From Nitrosopumilaceae archaeon (GTDB taxonomy: Archaea; Thermoproteota; Nitrososphaeria; Nitrososphaerales; Nitrosopumilaceae), in contig CBDCCK010000002.1 of assembly GCA_965214835.1 (NCBI GenBank), forward strand, positions 3,072,001-3,136,000: a stretch of 64,000 nucleotides of DNA, given 5' to 3'. The notes beneath the pieces are model-generated. The model ran no database searches. It worked only from the letters and a program-made list of their open reading frames with translations, and was not told where the DNA came from. The position numbers and the translations under genes were made by a program. Shown piece after piece: positions 1 to 10,241 of this stretch (positions are counted from its first letter, which is position 1; each line of letters starts with the position of its first letter).

Positions 1-1
1 T

Positions 2-298
2 CTGCGCGGTGCCACGCTTGTCAGCCAGCCATGCCCGTACTGCAGCGGCGTGAGAGTCATCAAGGACGGAAACGCGCTGTGTACAAGCTGCGGAAGGAGG
101 CCGGGGGGGAAAGAGACTGGAAAAGACGCGACGGTGCAGGCACCCGCAGCGCTGCAGATTCTGGAAAAAAAGCTAGATGCGCTATCAAGGGAGCTGGAGG
201 GAGAGACGGATCACGGCAGGCAGCAGGAGATCATCAGGGCAGTGGACTCTCTGATTGATGCCATTGCCAAGCTCAAGGACGGCAATCAATCAGGCTGA
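2..298 (+). CDS. Zinc-ribbon protein, Auto_anti-p27/UPF0148 family (5'-truncated by window edge)
   Basis: Frame is open from base 2: LRGATLVSQPCPYCSGVRVIKDGNALCTSCG, the GATL..CPxC...CxxC signature of this archaeal family. Confidence 0.8.
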   Translation: MRGATLVSQPCPYCSGVRVIKDGNALCTSCGRRPGGKETGKDATVQAPAALQILEKKLDALSRELEGETDHGRQQEIIRAVDSLIDAIAKLKDGNQSG

Positions 299-518
299 GC
301 ACGTAAGGACTAAGACAGGCATGGATCCTAGATTGCCGCAGGCACCCAGGCCAGCTTCAGATACGTCCAGTCCGCGTATGATCCAGGTTGTGTAGCCTGC
401 GCATATGGATCTAGGGGTGATCAGAAATTGGCCTTGTGCCCAGCCCAAGCGGTTGCATTCAGTATCGTCATCAATGCTTAACTTGCTGTGAAGGGCAGCT
501 GACATCATGCCAAGGGCG

Positions 519-607
519 GCAAGAGCTTACCCCCTAGGCGAGACTGCAGGTCAGGGCCCTGACTGCCGTACCTGCCACGCCGTATTTTCGGGGAGATAAG
601 CTCTTAC
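519..607. mobile_element. MITE family A (IS66-like GTAAGAG ends), copy 1
   Basis: Inverted ends gcaagagctta/taagctcttac; flanking direct repeat ccaagggcg (510-518, 608-616); homologous to 51672-51748 and 62757-62841. Confidence 0.75.
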
Positions 608-658
608 CCAAGGGCGTGCAATAACGTTTTTAAGTAAATATTCGATTCGTAGGATATC

Positions 659-823
659 ATGGCAGAGAAGAAGGGGGCACCGCTTCCGGCATCAAGTGCG
701 GGACTGCTCAGGTTCTTTGAGGATGAGACCAAGGGATTCAAGATTGATCCAAGAATCGTAGTCACCATCCCAATCGGTTTGATTGCCCTCTCATGGGCTT
801 TGGATTTGTTGCTAGTATCGTGA
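659..823 (+). CDS. secG: Preprotein translocase subunit Sec61beta
   Basis: Not in the ORF track (54 aa); translated by hand: MAEKKGAPLPASSAGLLRFFEDETKGFKIDPRIVVTIPIGLIALSWALDLLLVS; TATA-like TTTAAGTA at 628-635. Confidence 0.93.
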   Translation: MAEKKGAPLPASSAGLLRFFEDETKGFKIDPRIVVTIPIGLIALSWALDLLLVS

Positions 824-830
824 AATCACA

Positions 831-2570
831 ATGGATGATTCGGCAGACAATGTTTCGGGGATTCACAAGCGCTACACACTTACGTTGTTCAACCCGTCAT
901 CGCACTACCAGTCACTGATTCTTTCCGTCGGCGTGGCCGCTGCAATAGCTGCCCTGGCCTCGCTCAGCTATGACATAACGGACAGCCTTCTGCCTGCGGT
1001 GGCGCTGATTGTACCGGTCATGCTTGCCACGCAGGCAGTCGACTCTAGGCTAATCCGAAACAGGGAATACTCAAAGGCGTTACACATGTCGCTGTTTGGC
1101 AACCTGATCTGGCTGATCACTGCGGCATCAGCAGTGCTTGCGGCACATGTCTTGGACAAGCCAGAGGCCTCAGTAATGCACCTTGTCATAGGGATGTTTC
1201 TGTTTGTGAGCTTTAGGATCGGAATACTTACAACGGTGCTGGGGGTAAGCCTGAAAAGGGCGTGGCTGTTTTGCTTCATCCAGCCGCTTCCGATGCTACT
1301 GGTCCTTTTGCCTGTTGACAGATGGGAGTCGACGCTGGCAGATCCGCTCACTCTGGCGTTTGGAGCGGCCTTTATTGCTATCGCATCGGTATGGTCCAGA
1401 ATGACGGACAATGCAGGAAGGCCCGGGGTCGAGAGCACCCACAGGCTCATACAGGTATACCTTTCATCGCAGGGCAGCGACAACGAGCAGATCGAGGCCA
1501 TAATAGAGGATCGCTCCAGTCCCTCCACGATCAAGACGCACCAGATCCGCCTGGAAAACGAAAAGGACGTCGATGTAAGGCTGGTGCTGCCAGGCATTCA
1601 TCCGGGCCCGTACCACCCGATCGGGGGAAGCAACATCCCGTTTAGGATCTACGAGGCGCTGGGCTCCTCGGCGATGGTCATGCACAGCATATCTGATCAC
1701 TCGCTGAACATACCGTCACAGAGGCAGGTGGAGCAGTACATTACGGACCTCAAGGAGACCTCGACGATAGACCGTGGAATGACGTGCACCGAGCCCGTGG
1801 TAGTCCAGATAAACAGGGCAAGGGTTACAGGGCTGTTGTTTGATAAAAAGCCGATCCTGTTTTTGTCGCTCTCTCCCCACGGAATGGAGGATCTACCAAG
1901 CTACATCAAGACCGAGATCGAGCAGTTTGCCAGAAACAGGAACTTTGAGCAGGTTCTGGTAGTGGACTGCCACAATGCAATGGGCGGGGAGATTTCAAAG
2001 TCAGACTCGGAGGACATGTTAAAGGCGGCAAAGTCATGCCTGGACACCCTGATCACCAAGGAGAAGCATCCGCTTGAGTTCGGGTACGCAAACTCGAGCA
2101 AGCTGAACCTGTACACCGTGGATCTGGCAAACGGGGGACTTGGAATACTGTGCCTGAAGATAAGGGATCAAAAGTACTTCCTCGGGTGGGCAGACGCAAA
2201 CAACATGGAAAACGGGGTGAGGGAGAGGATCGTCGAGGAGTTCAAGTACAACGGATACTGCCTACTAGAGCTTTTCACGTCAGACACCCACTTTTCACAG
2301 GTAAGGGTGCGCAACAAAAACGGGTATTACCAGTTCGGGGTGATGTCAGAGCCCGAGGAGATTGCGGCGTGGTACCTGAAGATAGCAAGGGACGCAGAGG
2401 ACAACCTCAGTCCGGGAAGGTTTGAGCTGCTGCGAAACACGTCAAAAATCAAGATCATGGGGCCCAAGATCTTTGAGGACTACAAGGTGGCAATAGACAA
2501 TTCGCTGAGAATCACAAAGTTTTTTGCAGGCGGGGGCTTTGCGCTGTTTATCTCGAGCCTGTTCCTATAG
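831..2570 (+). CDS. DUF2070 family membrane protein
   Basis: N-terminal TM helices; HPGP..GGSN, DCHN, DANNM and TSDTH motifs; usual neighbour of sec61beta. Confidence 0.85.
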   Translation: MDDSADNVSGIHKRYTLTLFNPSSHYQSLILSVGVAAAIAALASLSYDITDSLLPAVALIVPVMLATQAVDSRLIRNREYSKALHMSLFGNLIWLITAASAVLAAHVLDKPEASVMHLVIGMFLFVSFRIGILTTVLGVSLKRAWLFCFIQPLPMLLVLLPVDRWESTLADPLTLAFGAAFIAIASVWSRMTDNAGRPGVESTHRLIQVYLSSQGSDNEQIEAIIEDRSSPSTIKTHQIRLENEKDVDVRLVLPGIHPGPYHPIGGSNIPFRIYEALGSSAMVMHSISDHSLNIPSQRQVEQYITDLKETSTIDRGMTCTEPVVVQINRARVTGLLFDKKPILFLSLSPHGMEDLPSYIKTEIEQFARNRNFEQVLVVDCHNAMGGEISKSDSEDMLKAAKSCLDTLITKEKHPLEFGYANSSKLNLYTVDLANGGLGILCLKIRDQKYFLGWADANNMENGVRERIVEEFKYNGYCLLELFTSDTHFSQVRVRNKNGYYQFGVMSEPEEIAAWYLKIARDAEDNLSPGRFELLRNTSKIKIMGPKIFEDYKVAIDNSLRITKFFAGGGFALFISSLFL

Positions 2571-3186
2571 TCCTCAGATCATCGAGGTTTCCGTAAAACT
2601 CGTCGACAAAGGATGGGAACTGCAGGATTGGAACTATGGGCACGCGGTCAATAAAGTCGATTCTGTCATGGTATAGTGTGACGATCACGGGGATGGCCAC
2701 GGAGCCCTCCGTCCTTGCGACATACTGCTTGGTGCGTTCGACCTGCTTTTTGACCACGCCGCGCAGCAAGGAGGCGCCGTATCGCCGCCAGTGCTTGCAG
2801 TCCACTAGGATCGCAACCCCGAGGTTTACGCCTACCACGTCAATCTCCATCCTAGGCTTTGTCAGGATCAGGTTCCTCATGGTTGCAAAGCCCTTGGATT
2901 CGAGGATCTTGGCGGCCAGGCCCTCAAAGGACCTCCAGTCCAGGTGGACTGCGACGTCGTCAACCGGGACGCCTTTTTCAATCAGCATCAGGGCCGCAGA
3001 CAGCCTGTCGGAGGGCTCAAAGACATACTGCCGGCCCGCACGCCTGCCTATCCCGTTCTCAACCAGGGTCTCAAGCATCTGTGAGCAGGCAGGGACATCC
3101 ATCCCGGTTACGGCCGAAAAGTCATCAGGCGATATCCCGCCCGGGACTATCGCAGGCAGGGCATCAAGCATGGACGATATGTTCAC
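2548..3186 (-). CDS. Restriction endonuclease-like (Mrr_cat/PD-(D/E)xK) protein
   Basis: WRSFEGLAAKILE..GF...EIDVVG...LVDCKHW motif; start trimmed to GTG 3186 (alternative ATG 3171). Confidence 0.75.
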   Translation of the reverse strand: MNISSMLDALPAIVPGGISPDDFSAVTGMDVPACSQMLETLVENGIGRRAGRQYVFEPSDRLSAALMLIEKGVPVDDVAVHLDWRSFEGLAAKILESKGFATMRNLILTKPRMEIDVVGVNLGVAILVDCKHWRRYGASLLRGVVKKQVERTKQYVARTEGSVAIPVIVTLYHDRIDFIDRVPIVPILQFPSFVDEFYGNLDDLRTIGTGSR

Positions 3187-3298
3187 AGCGGGGATCAGGG
3201 CCGGCGCAACTTTAAGTGTTTTACGGGGACGCCGACCCGCGGGCGTCCTGCCGCGGCCCCGATCTTTTGGATTCGGCCCCGGGGGGCTCGGGCCCGCA

Positions 3299-4786
3299 TC
3301 AGGGCGATGCTGCAATGACGCCGTTCTCAATCAGCCACGTAATTCCGTCCACAAAGACCCTGTCGCCGATGATTCCCGCAGACCAGGCTCCTGTGGCGTC
3401 CCTTACCCAGCTTGGAACGGAACCGGCCGCATCTCCTGCCGCCTCGGTCGGCGGGATTACAATGACGCCGTTGTCTATCAGCCACCCAATGCTCTGCAAA
3501 AAGGTAGAGTCGTCGGTTATCCCCATCGACCAGGCCTCCGCACTGCCCTTGATCCAGCTTGGAAGATTGATCTGGGCATCCGCTACAGACGGGACTGTAA
3601 TCCCGGACTGATCGTTTTGTTGAACGGTTATGGGCACCAGCAGGTAGTCAGTCGGAGTCCTGGTAAAGTCGGGCACGACAAACTCGGGCGCCAGGCCATA
3701 CACCATTATCAGGTAGTTGTTCTCGCCGGCAGGCTCTCTTGCAAGCATTGTCCTCTCTGCCAGCCCGGAGGTGGAGTACAGGGATTTTCTTGCGTCCTCG
3801 TCGGCCAGGCTTCGAAGTGGCGGGAATGTGATATCGTCATCAACCACCATTATGTCATACTGGACCTGGTTCAGGAATTCGGTCTCGTCATAGGGCTCGA
3901 ACTTTATCAGCCACTCGATGTCACATCCCTGTTTTGGCTGCTCGGGCTTGTACAGCACCTCTAGGTTGTAGTTAAACTGCGCGGTGGGTTTTTTGAGGGA
4001 GGTAAACTGCAGCTGATCAACATCCGGGCACCCCAGCGCCTGCCGGACCTGCCCGTCGTCCTGTATGCCGGCAAACGGATCCTCCTGCACGTTCTCCCTG
4101 TAGTCAAGCAGTGTCAGGGCATACTCCTGCAGATGCTGGCCCTCTGCAACATGGGTCCAGGTGCTTGCCTTTACCGGAAACGGGAATCCATCCACGATCC
4201 AAATGTGGCTGTGCGCGCCGCCTGTCTTCCATCCAACACGTATGGCATCAAAGGTTCCGGCGGGAACCGTTACGGACTCGGCCGCCTGTGGGGCCACCTG
4301 CACGCCTCCTATGTCTCCAATCTTGGCCCACGATGGCCTGCTGAACTCCTTTGGTCCTTTCCCGCCCTCGCCGCCATATGATGTCGCAAATGAGGACAGC
4401 CATGATATCGAGGACTTGATTGCGACGCGGTAGGTCGCCAGGTTATCAGTACCCTCGGTCGGCTCGGCCGTAATCTTGCCAAACTCCAGCTCCCCCTTGT
4501 GAACCCTGCCGCCGTCATAGACTACTGCCTGTGCCAGCCACTTTGCCTCAGAGCCCACCTGCCTGTCCCCCTGAATCCAAAAGTCGACCTCAAAGAAGGT
4601 ACACTCCTTATAGTCAACATGGCAGAGGCGGTACGAGAAATAGTCACCCTGCTTGAGTCCCTCGCCCAGCCACCACTCCCCGGGAACCTGGATGCCGCCC
4701 CCAATCTGCGACGCGTGTGCAGCTGACGCCGTCGAGAGTAGGGCAACGGCTGCGCCCAGCACCAATGCGGAAATTACGGCCTTCAA
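3299..4786 (-). CDS. Secreted thaumarchaeal protein with two C-terminal PSW(I/V)..A.AWS repeats
   Basis: Signal peptide; LPSWIKGSAEAWS..ITDDSTFLQSIGWLI and VPSWVRDATGAWS..FVDGITWLI motifs typical of Nitrosopumilales surface proteins. Confidence 0.8.
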   Translation of the reverse strand: MKAVISALVLGAAVALLSTASAAHASQIGGGIQVPGEWWLGEGLKQGDYFSYRLCHVDYKECTFFEVDFWIQGDRQVGSEAKWLAQAVVYDGGRVHKGELEFGKITAEPTEGTDNLATYRVAIKSSISWLSSFATSYGGEGGKGPKEFSRPSWAKIGDIGGVQVAPQAAESVTVPAGTFDAIRVGWKTGGAHSHIWIVDGFPFPVKASTWTHVAEGQHLQEYALTLLDYRENVQEDPFAGIQDDGQVRQALGCPDVDQLQFTSLKKPTAQFNYNLEVLYKPEQPKQGCDIEWLIKFEPYDETEFLNQVQYDIMVVDDDITFPPLRSLADEDARKSLYSTSGLAERTMLAREPAGENNYLIMVYGLAPEFVVPDFTRTPTDYLLVPITVQQNDQSGITVPSVADAQINLPSWIKGSAEAWSMGITDDSTFLQSIGWLIDNGVIVIPPTEAAGDAAGSVPSWVRDATGAWSAGIIGDRVFVDGITWLIENGVIAASP

Positions 4787-4831
4787 GTGCCATATTGTAA
4801 AAAAATCCCTAGTTAAGCCTTGTTCATATTT

Positions 4832-5489
4832 CAGCTGAGTACCCCAGATCCGGCGTCATGGAGAGGACTTGGGCTCCCTGAGATACACCGTCATGCACTC
4901 CTTGAACACCGGGCATCGTCGTGACGTTTTGCACCCCGGATTCCTCGACAGAGCAGCGCCCTAGCAGTTATCCACTCGTTGAACAGCATCATCGAGTAGT
5001 AAAAGCACAGGCGTCCTGGTGGCCAGGTCGGCGGTCCGGGTCTTGGCCCTGCTTAATCTTTCACACTGCCGTTTTATCTGCGCCTCAAAGGCCTCCTGTG
5101 CGGCCTCCAAGGGTGGTCGCCTTGATCCTGTAGGTGTGCCACCGGGCAGAGGAACCGGCGCCGCTTGTACACGTCGTGGCGTTGATGCACCCGCCCACCG
5201 ATGCGTCATTGAGGGCACCGCGCATCATGCCGCGGCTCAGGTAGTCGATCCCGTATATGGCGTTGTGTTTCCCGGACATTCTGACACACGAGAGCATCTC
5301 CTTCCGCCATCTGTAACATGTTCATATATGCGCGGGTCGTTCTCAAGATCGCGGCACTTTCTGGATTTTTGTTTTATCACGAAAACCACGGGGCCGCACC
5401 CCGACTGATCCGTTTGCATCTGATAGTATTGTCAAGACGGTCTAAATTTCTTGGTTTTCTGCCTGACTGGGGTACTTTTCACTTAGCTG
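4832..5489 (-). mobile_element. ISH3-family element, internally deleted remnant
   Basis: Ends cagctgagtacccca (partly deleted) and tggggtacttttcacttagctg; interior matches the two ends of the 37381-38657 copy with the DDE core missing. Confidence 0.8.
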
Positions 5490-5960
5490 AAGCTGCAATG
5501 CAAAGGGCAAGGGCAGCGGCGACAAGTGGGGCCGGCTGGTGCGATGGTAGATCGGTGGCTGCCCCAAGGTGCCGATGGGTGATCTCTCAAAGGCAGGGAG
5601 ACAGGAGGGCCTATGGTATCCGAGGAGCACCGTGCTACGGCAGGAGGCGGATCGTCGGGATCGTGATACCTGCCATAAAGCGCATGTTCGGCGAGGACGT
5701 AAAGGCCCTCAAGTGGCTCAATATAGTGCAGGAGGGGGTTGTCGCCTAATTCGTCAGAATTTCTGAAAATCATACGATGTTATCCGGACTAGGCGTGCAA
5801 AAGTGCAGAAATTCAGAAAAACGTGCGGATTGAGTCCGGCAGGTGGAATTAGGCGACAACCCCGTGCAGGAGGTAAAGTTGAGGATATGGCTGCACAGCA
5901 AGTGGATCGCAGAGGCGCTGGCTGCCATGTGGGAGCCGAGCGCCGGCCACGATACTGGCG
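5490..5960 (+). pseudogene. IS5-family transposase C-terminal fragment, interrupted by a MITE
   Basis: YGRRRIVGIVIPAIKRMFGEDVKALKWLNIVQE continues as VKLRIWLHSKW after MITE removal. Confidence 0.7.
5735..5863. mobile_element. MITE family B (129 bp), copy 1
   Basis: Perfect TIR ggggttgtcgcctaattc/gaattaggcgacaacccc; 9-bp TSD gtgcaggag (5726-5734, 5864-5872). Confidence 0.92.
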
Positions 5961-6046
5961 GATTGACTGGGCTCTAGTCGGAGCCATGTAACAGACCAGC
6001 GCAACCCAAATATACAATTATAACATAGTATAAGTGGTGAATGTGC

Positions 6047-6169
6047 ATGGATAAGGAGACCAATGATGTTGAAGACATTGTCTTTGACGATAACGAAAAA
6101 ATTGAAATTGCCTGCTCGTACCCGGATGTGGAAACTGCTATAAAGGCGCTCCACGCTTCAGTCAAGTAA
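6047..6169 (+). CDS. Small acidic putative antitoxin (40 aa)
   Basis: MDKETNDVEDIVFDDNEKIEIACSYPDVETAIKALHASVK; stop overlaps next ATG (TAATG); AT-rich. Confidence 0.45.
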   Translation: MDKETNDVEDIVFDDNEKIEIACSYPDVETAIKALHASVK

Positions 6170-6333
6170 TGGCAATCTCAAAAAAACTCATTTCCTTTTC
6201 TAAAGATTTTAAAAAGCAGTATCCAAACAGGTCAAAACCCGTACGTGATGAAATTGATGCAATTCTTAAGGATGTTGGAAAGATGGTGCAATACATCAGA
6301 AAAAATGATCTGCCGCTCAGAAAAGCTAAACTA

Positions 6334-7425
6334 TACTGATGATCATTGAAAATTTCGCCTGATTACACATCTTGTAAAGGTTTATAGCTCCCCACCATGT
6401 CACTCCCGGCATGAACAAGACGAAAATCCTCACGGATGCCATGCATGTCGAAAAGGATCTCAAGATTCACACCAGAATCATGGCGGTGCGCTCCGTACTG
6501 CTTGGCAACACCACCGCACAGACTGCAGAGATTGCCGACGTGACACAGCGTACCGTACAGATGTGGATCAAGAGATTCGAGCTTGACGGCATCGACGGCC
6601 TCCGTGACTCCTAACAGGGACAAAAAACCAAAGGTTCCGGTCGGCAGGATAAAAAAGATCGCCACAAAGTTGCGTAGGATGGAAAAGCTCACCCCGAAGA
6701 AGCTGTGCAACCGGGTGCGCCGCAGGCTGCATGTCACATACAGCGTGGGAAGCATCAGAAGAATCCTGCGCACGATGGGATTCTCGCCAAAGACGTCAAC
6801 CACCAGGCTTGCAGATGCTGCCGACGCAAAGGCGGTAAGACGGTGGCAGGGGGTGGCAAGAACCGCGATCAAGCTTGCAAAAAGGCGCGGATTTAGGATA
6901 GCCGTACAGGACGAGTCGATATTCGTCAGTACGGGAAGGGACGGCAGAAAGTTCTGGTCGCCCGTGGGGGACAGGATCGAGGTGCAACGATCCGGCAGAA
7001 GGGAGCGCGTCGCGGTATACGGAACGATTGCAGACGACGGAACCCGGCTGATGCGCACATACGACAAGTTCAACAGCGCAAACTTTGTGCATTATCTCAA
7101 GCAGGTGCACAAAAAGCGGGGAAAGGTTCTGATTGTGATGGACAACGCAGCACAGCACAAGACCGGAAAGGTCCGCAGGTACCTGAAGAAAAATCCAGAC
7201 GTCGTCCTGCTGTACCTGCCGGTAGCCAGGCCGGAGCTGAGCGTCATAGAGGCAGTCTGGAAGGATGCCAAGTACGGGCCGGTCACGTCGGCATTTTACG
7301 AGACGGTAGATCACCTCAAAAGGGCCGTCTCGGAATACTTTAGGACGTGTTCCATCAAGGTTGACATCTATAGGTACCTTGAGCGCAGCTTGTAAGGGAG
7401 GCGAAATTTTCAATGGTCATCAGTA
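6334..7425 (+). mobile_element. IS630-family insertion sequence (transposase frameshifted: 6411-6614 + 6583-7395)
   Basis: TIR tactgatgatcattgaaaa/ttttcaatggtcatcagta; TA duplication; HTH plus QDES, MDNAAQH, PELSVIE DDE motifs. Confidence 0.93.
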
Positions 7426-7445
7426 TAGTTCTTAGAATAAAAAAG

Positions 7446-9282
7446 GTAACAGGTCGGGCTCCGGAAGCTGTTCCTGATTCCAGGCACGAATCTGTCTGAT
7501 CGGGCTCCGGAAGCTGGATTTTGGCACAATCTGCCATGTTTTTCGGGCTCCGGACTGCGGTGGCACATGAGCGGAACCGAATTCGTGTACCGCACACCAT
7601 TTACGGCAGCCACCGCTATCATTGTATTGCTATTCCATGGCAGCAGCCATGCGCATCCGGATTCAGGGCGTGCCTGCAGGGCCTGTCATGCCTTTGTTTA
7701 TGCTGCCGCCGCGCCGACTTGCGGGGCAGGCATCGGGATCTCCGTGACCCTGCCGTCAAGATAGTCCGTTACGAACGAGCAAAAGTTGACGCCGCGCAGC
7801 TCACACGTGGCGTATACTGTACACATGGTCTCAGTCATCTTCATTCCCTTCTCGGATCTGTTTCCGTACAGGATCTTCCGTATCACGGCAATCATGCGCA
7901 GTACCCTCTCGCTGCCGTTGTTGTGATACTCGACGTCATGCTCCAGGAACGTAAACAGGTCGTCGACCTCCCTTTTGAGGCGCTTTGTATATCGGATGCA
8001 GTCCGTGTCCGTGTACGCGGCCGAGGCAAGCTTGTGTATGCGGTACTTGAGGCACTGCACCTCCCCGGGCGTGGCCTTGCCCATCTCTATTGCGTCCTTT
8101 AGGATGCCGCGCAGCCTGTAAAACAGCGTGCCGTACTCGGCGCTGCCGTTTTTATCCAGCGTCAGGTACATGTCCCGAAAGTAGTGCAGGAGGCACTTTT
8201 GGTGCTTGCCGCCGATGCGGTTCCACACCGAGTACGAGTCTGATGAGACGATGCCGTCAAAGGCTGCCATCAGGGAATCTATGACGTCGCCTGAGCGGGA
8301 CGGCGCTATGTGGTAGAACACCGAGAACCGGGTCACAAGCACCCAGACCCAGTGGCCCGTCCCGTTGAGAAACCAGCCCGTCTCATCACCCCCGACGGAC
8401 TCTGAGCGCCGTATTCCCTCCAGAATGCCGTCATATACAGGCATCATCCTGGTAGTCGATACATCACACAGGTGGATCAGGGTGGACTTTGGTATGCAGG
8501 CGTCGTGAAGCGTGTGCAGTATGATCTGGATCTTTTCAAAGGATATACACATGCAGCGAAGAAACACGATTATCCCGATGATGCGCGTGCCGTAATGCTC
8601 GTCCGGCAGCACGCCGGGCACGGGGCGGCGCGCTTTTTCTTGCATGACTTGCAGTAGCGCTTGGTGACGTCCCATTCCGTCTCGGTCCACTTGCCGTCGA
8701 CCAGATCCTTGGACTTTCTTGTGTACCTTTCGCACCAGTCAGAGAGCTTGTCGCCGCATCCGGGGCAGAACTCGGCGTCTGCCGTGCACGTGCGGGTGAC
8801 TGCCTTGGTCTCTGGCTTCTTTTTTGGGGCCGCCTTTTCAGGATGCGGAAAGTCGTGGAACTTGCGCACGTTATAGCTGCGCGAGTTCGGCTCTTTGCGG
8901 GCCTCCTTTGGGACCGAGCCGTCTGCCGGCCCGGATCCGGACGCCGGTATCTGCTGGCCGAGCAGTGTCCTTAGCCGTTCGATTTCCTCTTGCTGCTGCT
9001 GGATCACTTTCTGCAGCTGTCCGATTTCCTCTTGCTGCTGCTGGTTCTCGTTTTCAACCTTCTCCACCCTTGACCTCATGTGTTCAAACAGGCGGATCAC
9101 GTCGGGAATTCTCCAGTCCACGTCCGTAATGTCAGGATCCCCAACCAATACCCGGAAGGCAGATCCTGGGATCTTTATGTGTTGTGATTCCTCCAGATCT
9201 TCCTGCTAACCCGGGGTGCTGCTCAAGGGGGCCTCCAAGGTGGCAAGATTCACGCCTGAACTTCCCGAGCCCGACCTGTTAC
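7446..9282 (-). mobile_element. IS66-family (single-ORF ISBst12-like) element; transposase frameshifted (8570-9148 + 7698-8735)
   Basis: TIR gtaacaggtcgggctc/gagcccgacctgttac; 8-bp TSD taaaaaag; coiled coil, CPGC zinc finger, DETGW, SDSY, CLLHYFR, NNGSER motifs. Confidence 0.93.
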
Positions 9283-9590
9283 TAAAAAAGTCTAACGAGG
9301 CACTTGAAGTAATTATCCTTCCGGTTCCACGCATAATCATAAAAAGAATAGCATAGCAGACTGCATAAACGAAAACAATAGGCTGTGGTGTAGATTAGAA
9401 GTTATTCAACAACAAAAAGTACCCCCCCCCCCAGTGGCCCACATCACATGAGTTAAAGAATTTTTGATCATCACTGTGGATCGCTGTAACATGCAGATAC
9501 CAATTTTGTTGCGAGAAGGTTTGGTCATGACTGAAAGCCAAGTTGGACTAACCTGTACAATTGACTTTGAACAAATCCCAGAATCTGCTA

Positions 9591-10110
9591 GGGGACTTGG
9601 GCTCCCTGAGATACACCGTCATGCACTCCTTGAACACCGGGCATCGTCGTGACGTTTTGCACCCTGGATTCCTCGACAGAGCAGTGCCCTGGCAGTTATT
9701 CACTCGTTGAACAGTATCATCGAGTAGTAAAAGTACAGGCATCCTGGTGGCCAGGTCGGCGGTCCGGGTCTTGGCCCTGCATTCTGTCTTGGCGCATCCT
9801 GTCTCGATTCCCCACCTTGACGAGTACGACTCGATCCTGATTCCGGGCAGGTTCGCTGCAAGCCCGATGGACTTTTTCTCCGGCCTGTCCTCCTTTGATG
9901 CATCCATGGGCCTGCCGTCATCCCCGGACTTTTTCCTCTCCGTTACTATCATCTAATACGTGGCTGAGCTCGTGCTGTTCCCGATGACGTTTTTGGATGC
10001 CCGGGGCCTGTCCCTGCGGCCGAACCCGTCTAGCGCTGCGACCGCGCTGCCCGTGTTCCTGCACGGCATCAGGAACCTTACCCCCTCTCCTGCAGCATGG
10101 CAATCACCAC
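9591..10110 (-). pseudogene. ISH3-family transposase 3' remnant
   Basis: YSSRWGIETG..KTRT motif; near-identical to 37420-37935. Confidence 0.8.
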
Positions 10111-10241
10111 CGGCAGGGGGGACGTGACCTCGTACTCGAGGAATGTTTTTGGGAACCGGAAGGAAAAAAGCCGCGGCTTGATGCCCCGTGCGCTCAAAAA
10201 ATGAAAAGGACGTTTAATTACGTCCGCAGCTGAAACAAGGC

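Larger units (their letters stand above)
6169..9356 (+). pseudogene. Basic RelE/YafQ-like toxin gene split by IS630 and IS66
   Basis: Removing both IS and one TSD copy each gives an open 82-aa frame MAISKKLISFSKDFKKQY...RKAKL|VLRIKK|SNEALEVIIL... Confidence 0.55.

Noticed and set aside
515-610. Dispersed ~90-nt hairpin repeat as a novel ncRNA or riboswitch
   Set aside because: The pairing is terminal inverted repeats, and two copies have flanking 8-9 bp duplications, so a MITE explains it
6583-6640. Programmed frameshift in the IS630 transposase
   Set aside because: The first frame stops before the A-run and the break lies within the N-terminal HTH region, so a simple inactivating indel is more likely
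7454-7555. Repeated tcgggctccgga motif
   Set aside because: Subterminal repeats of the IS66 end
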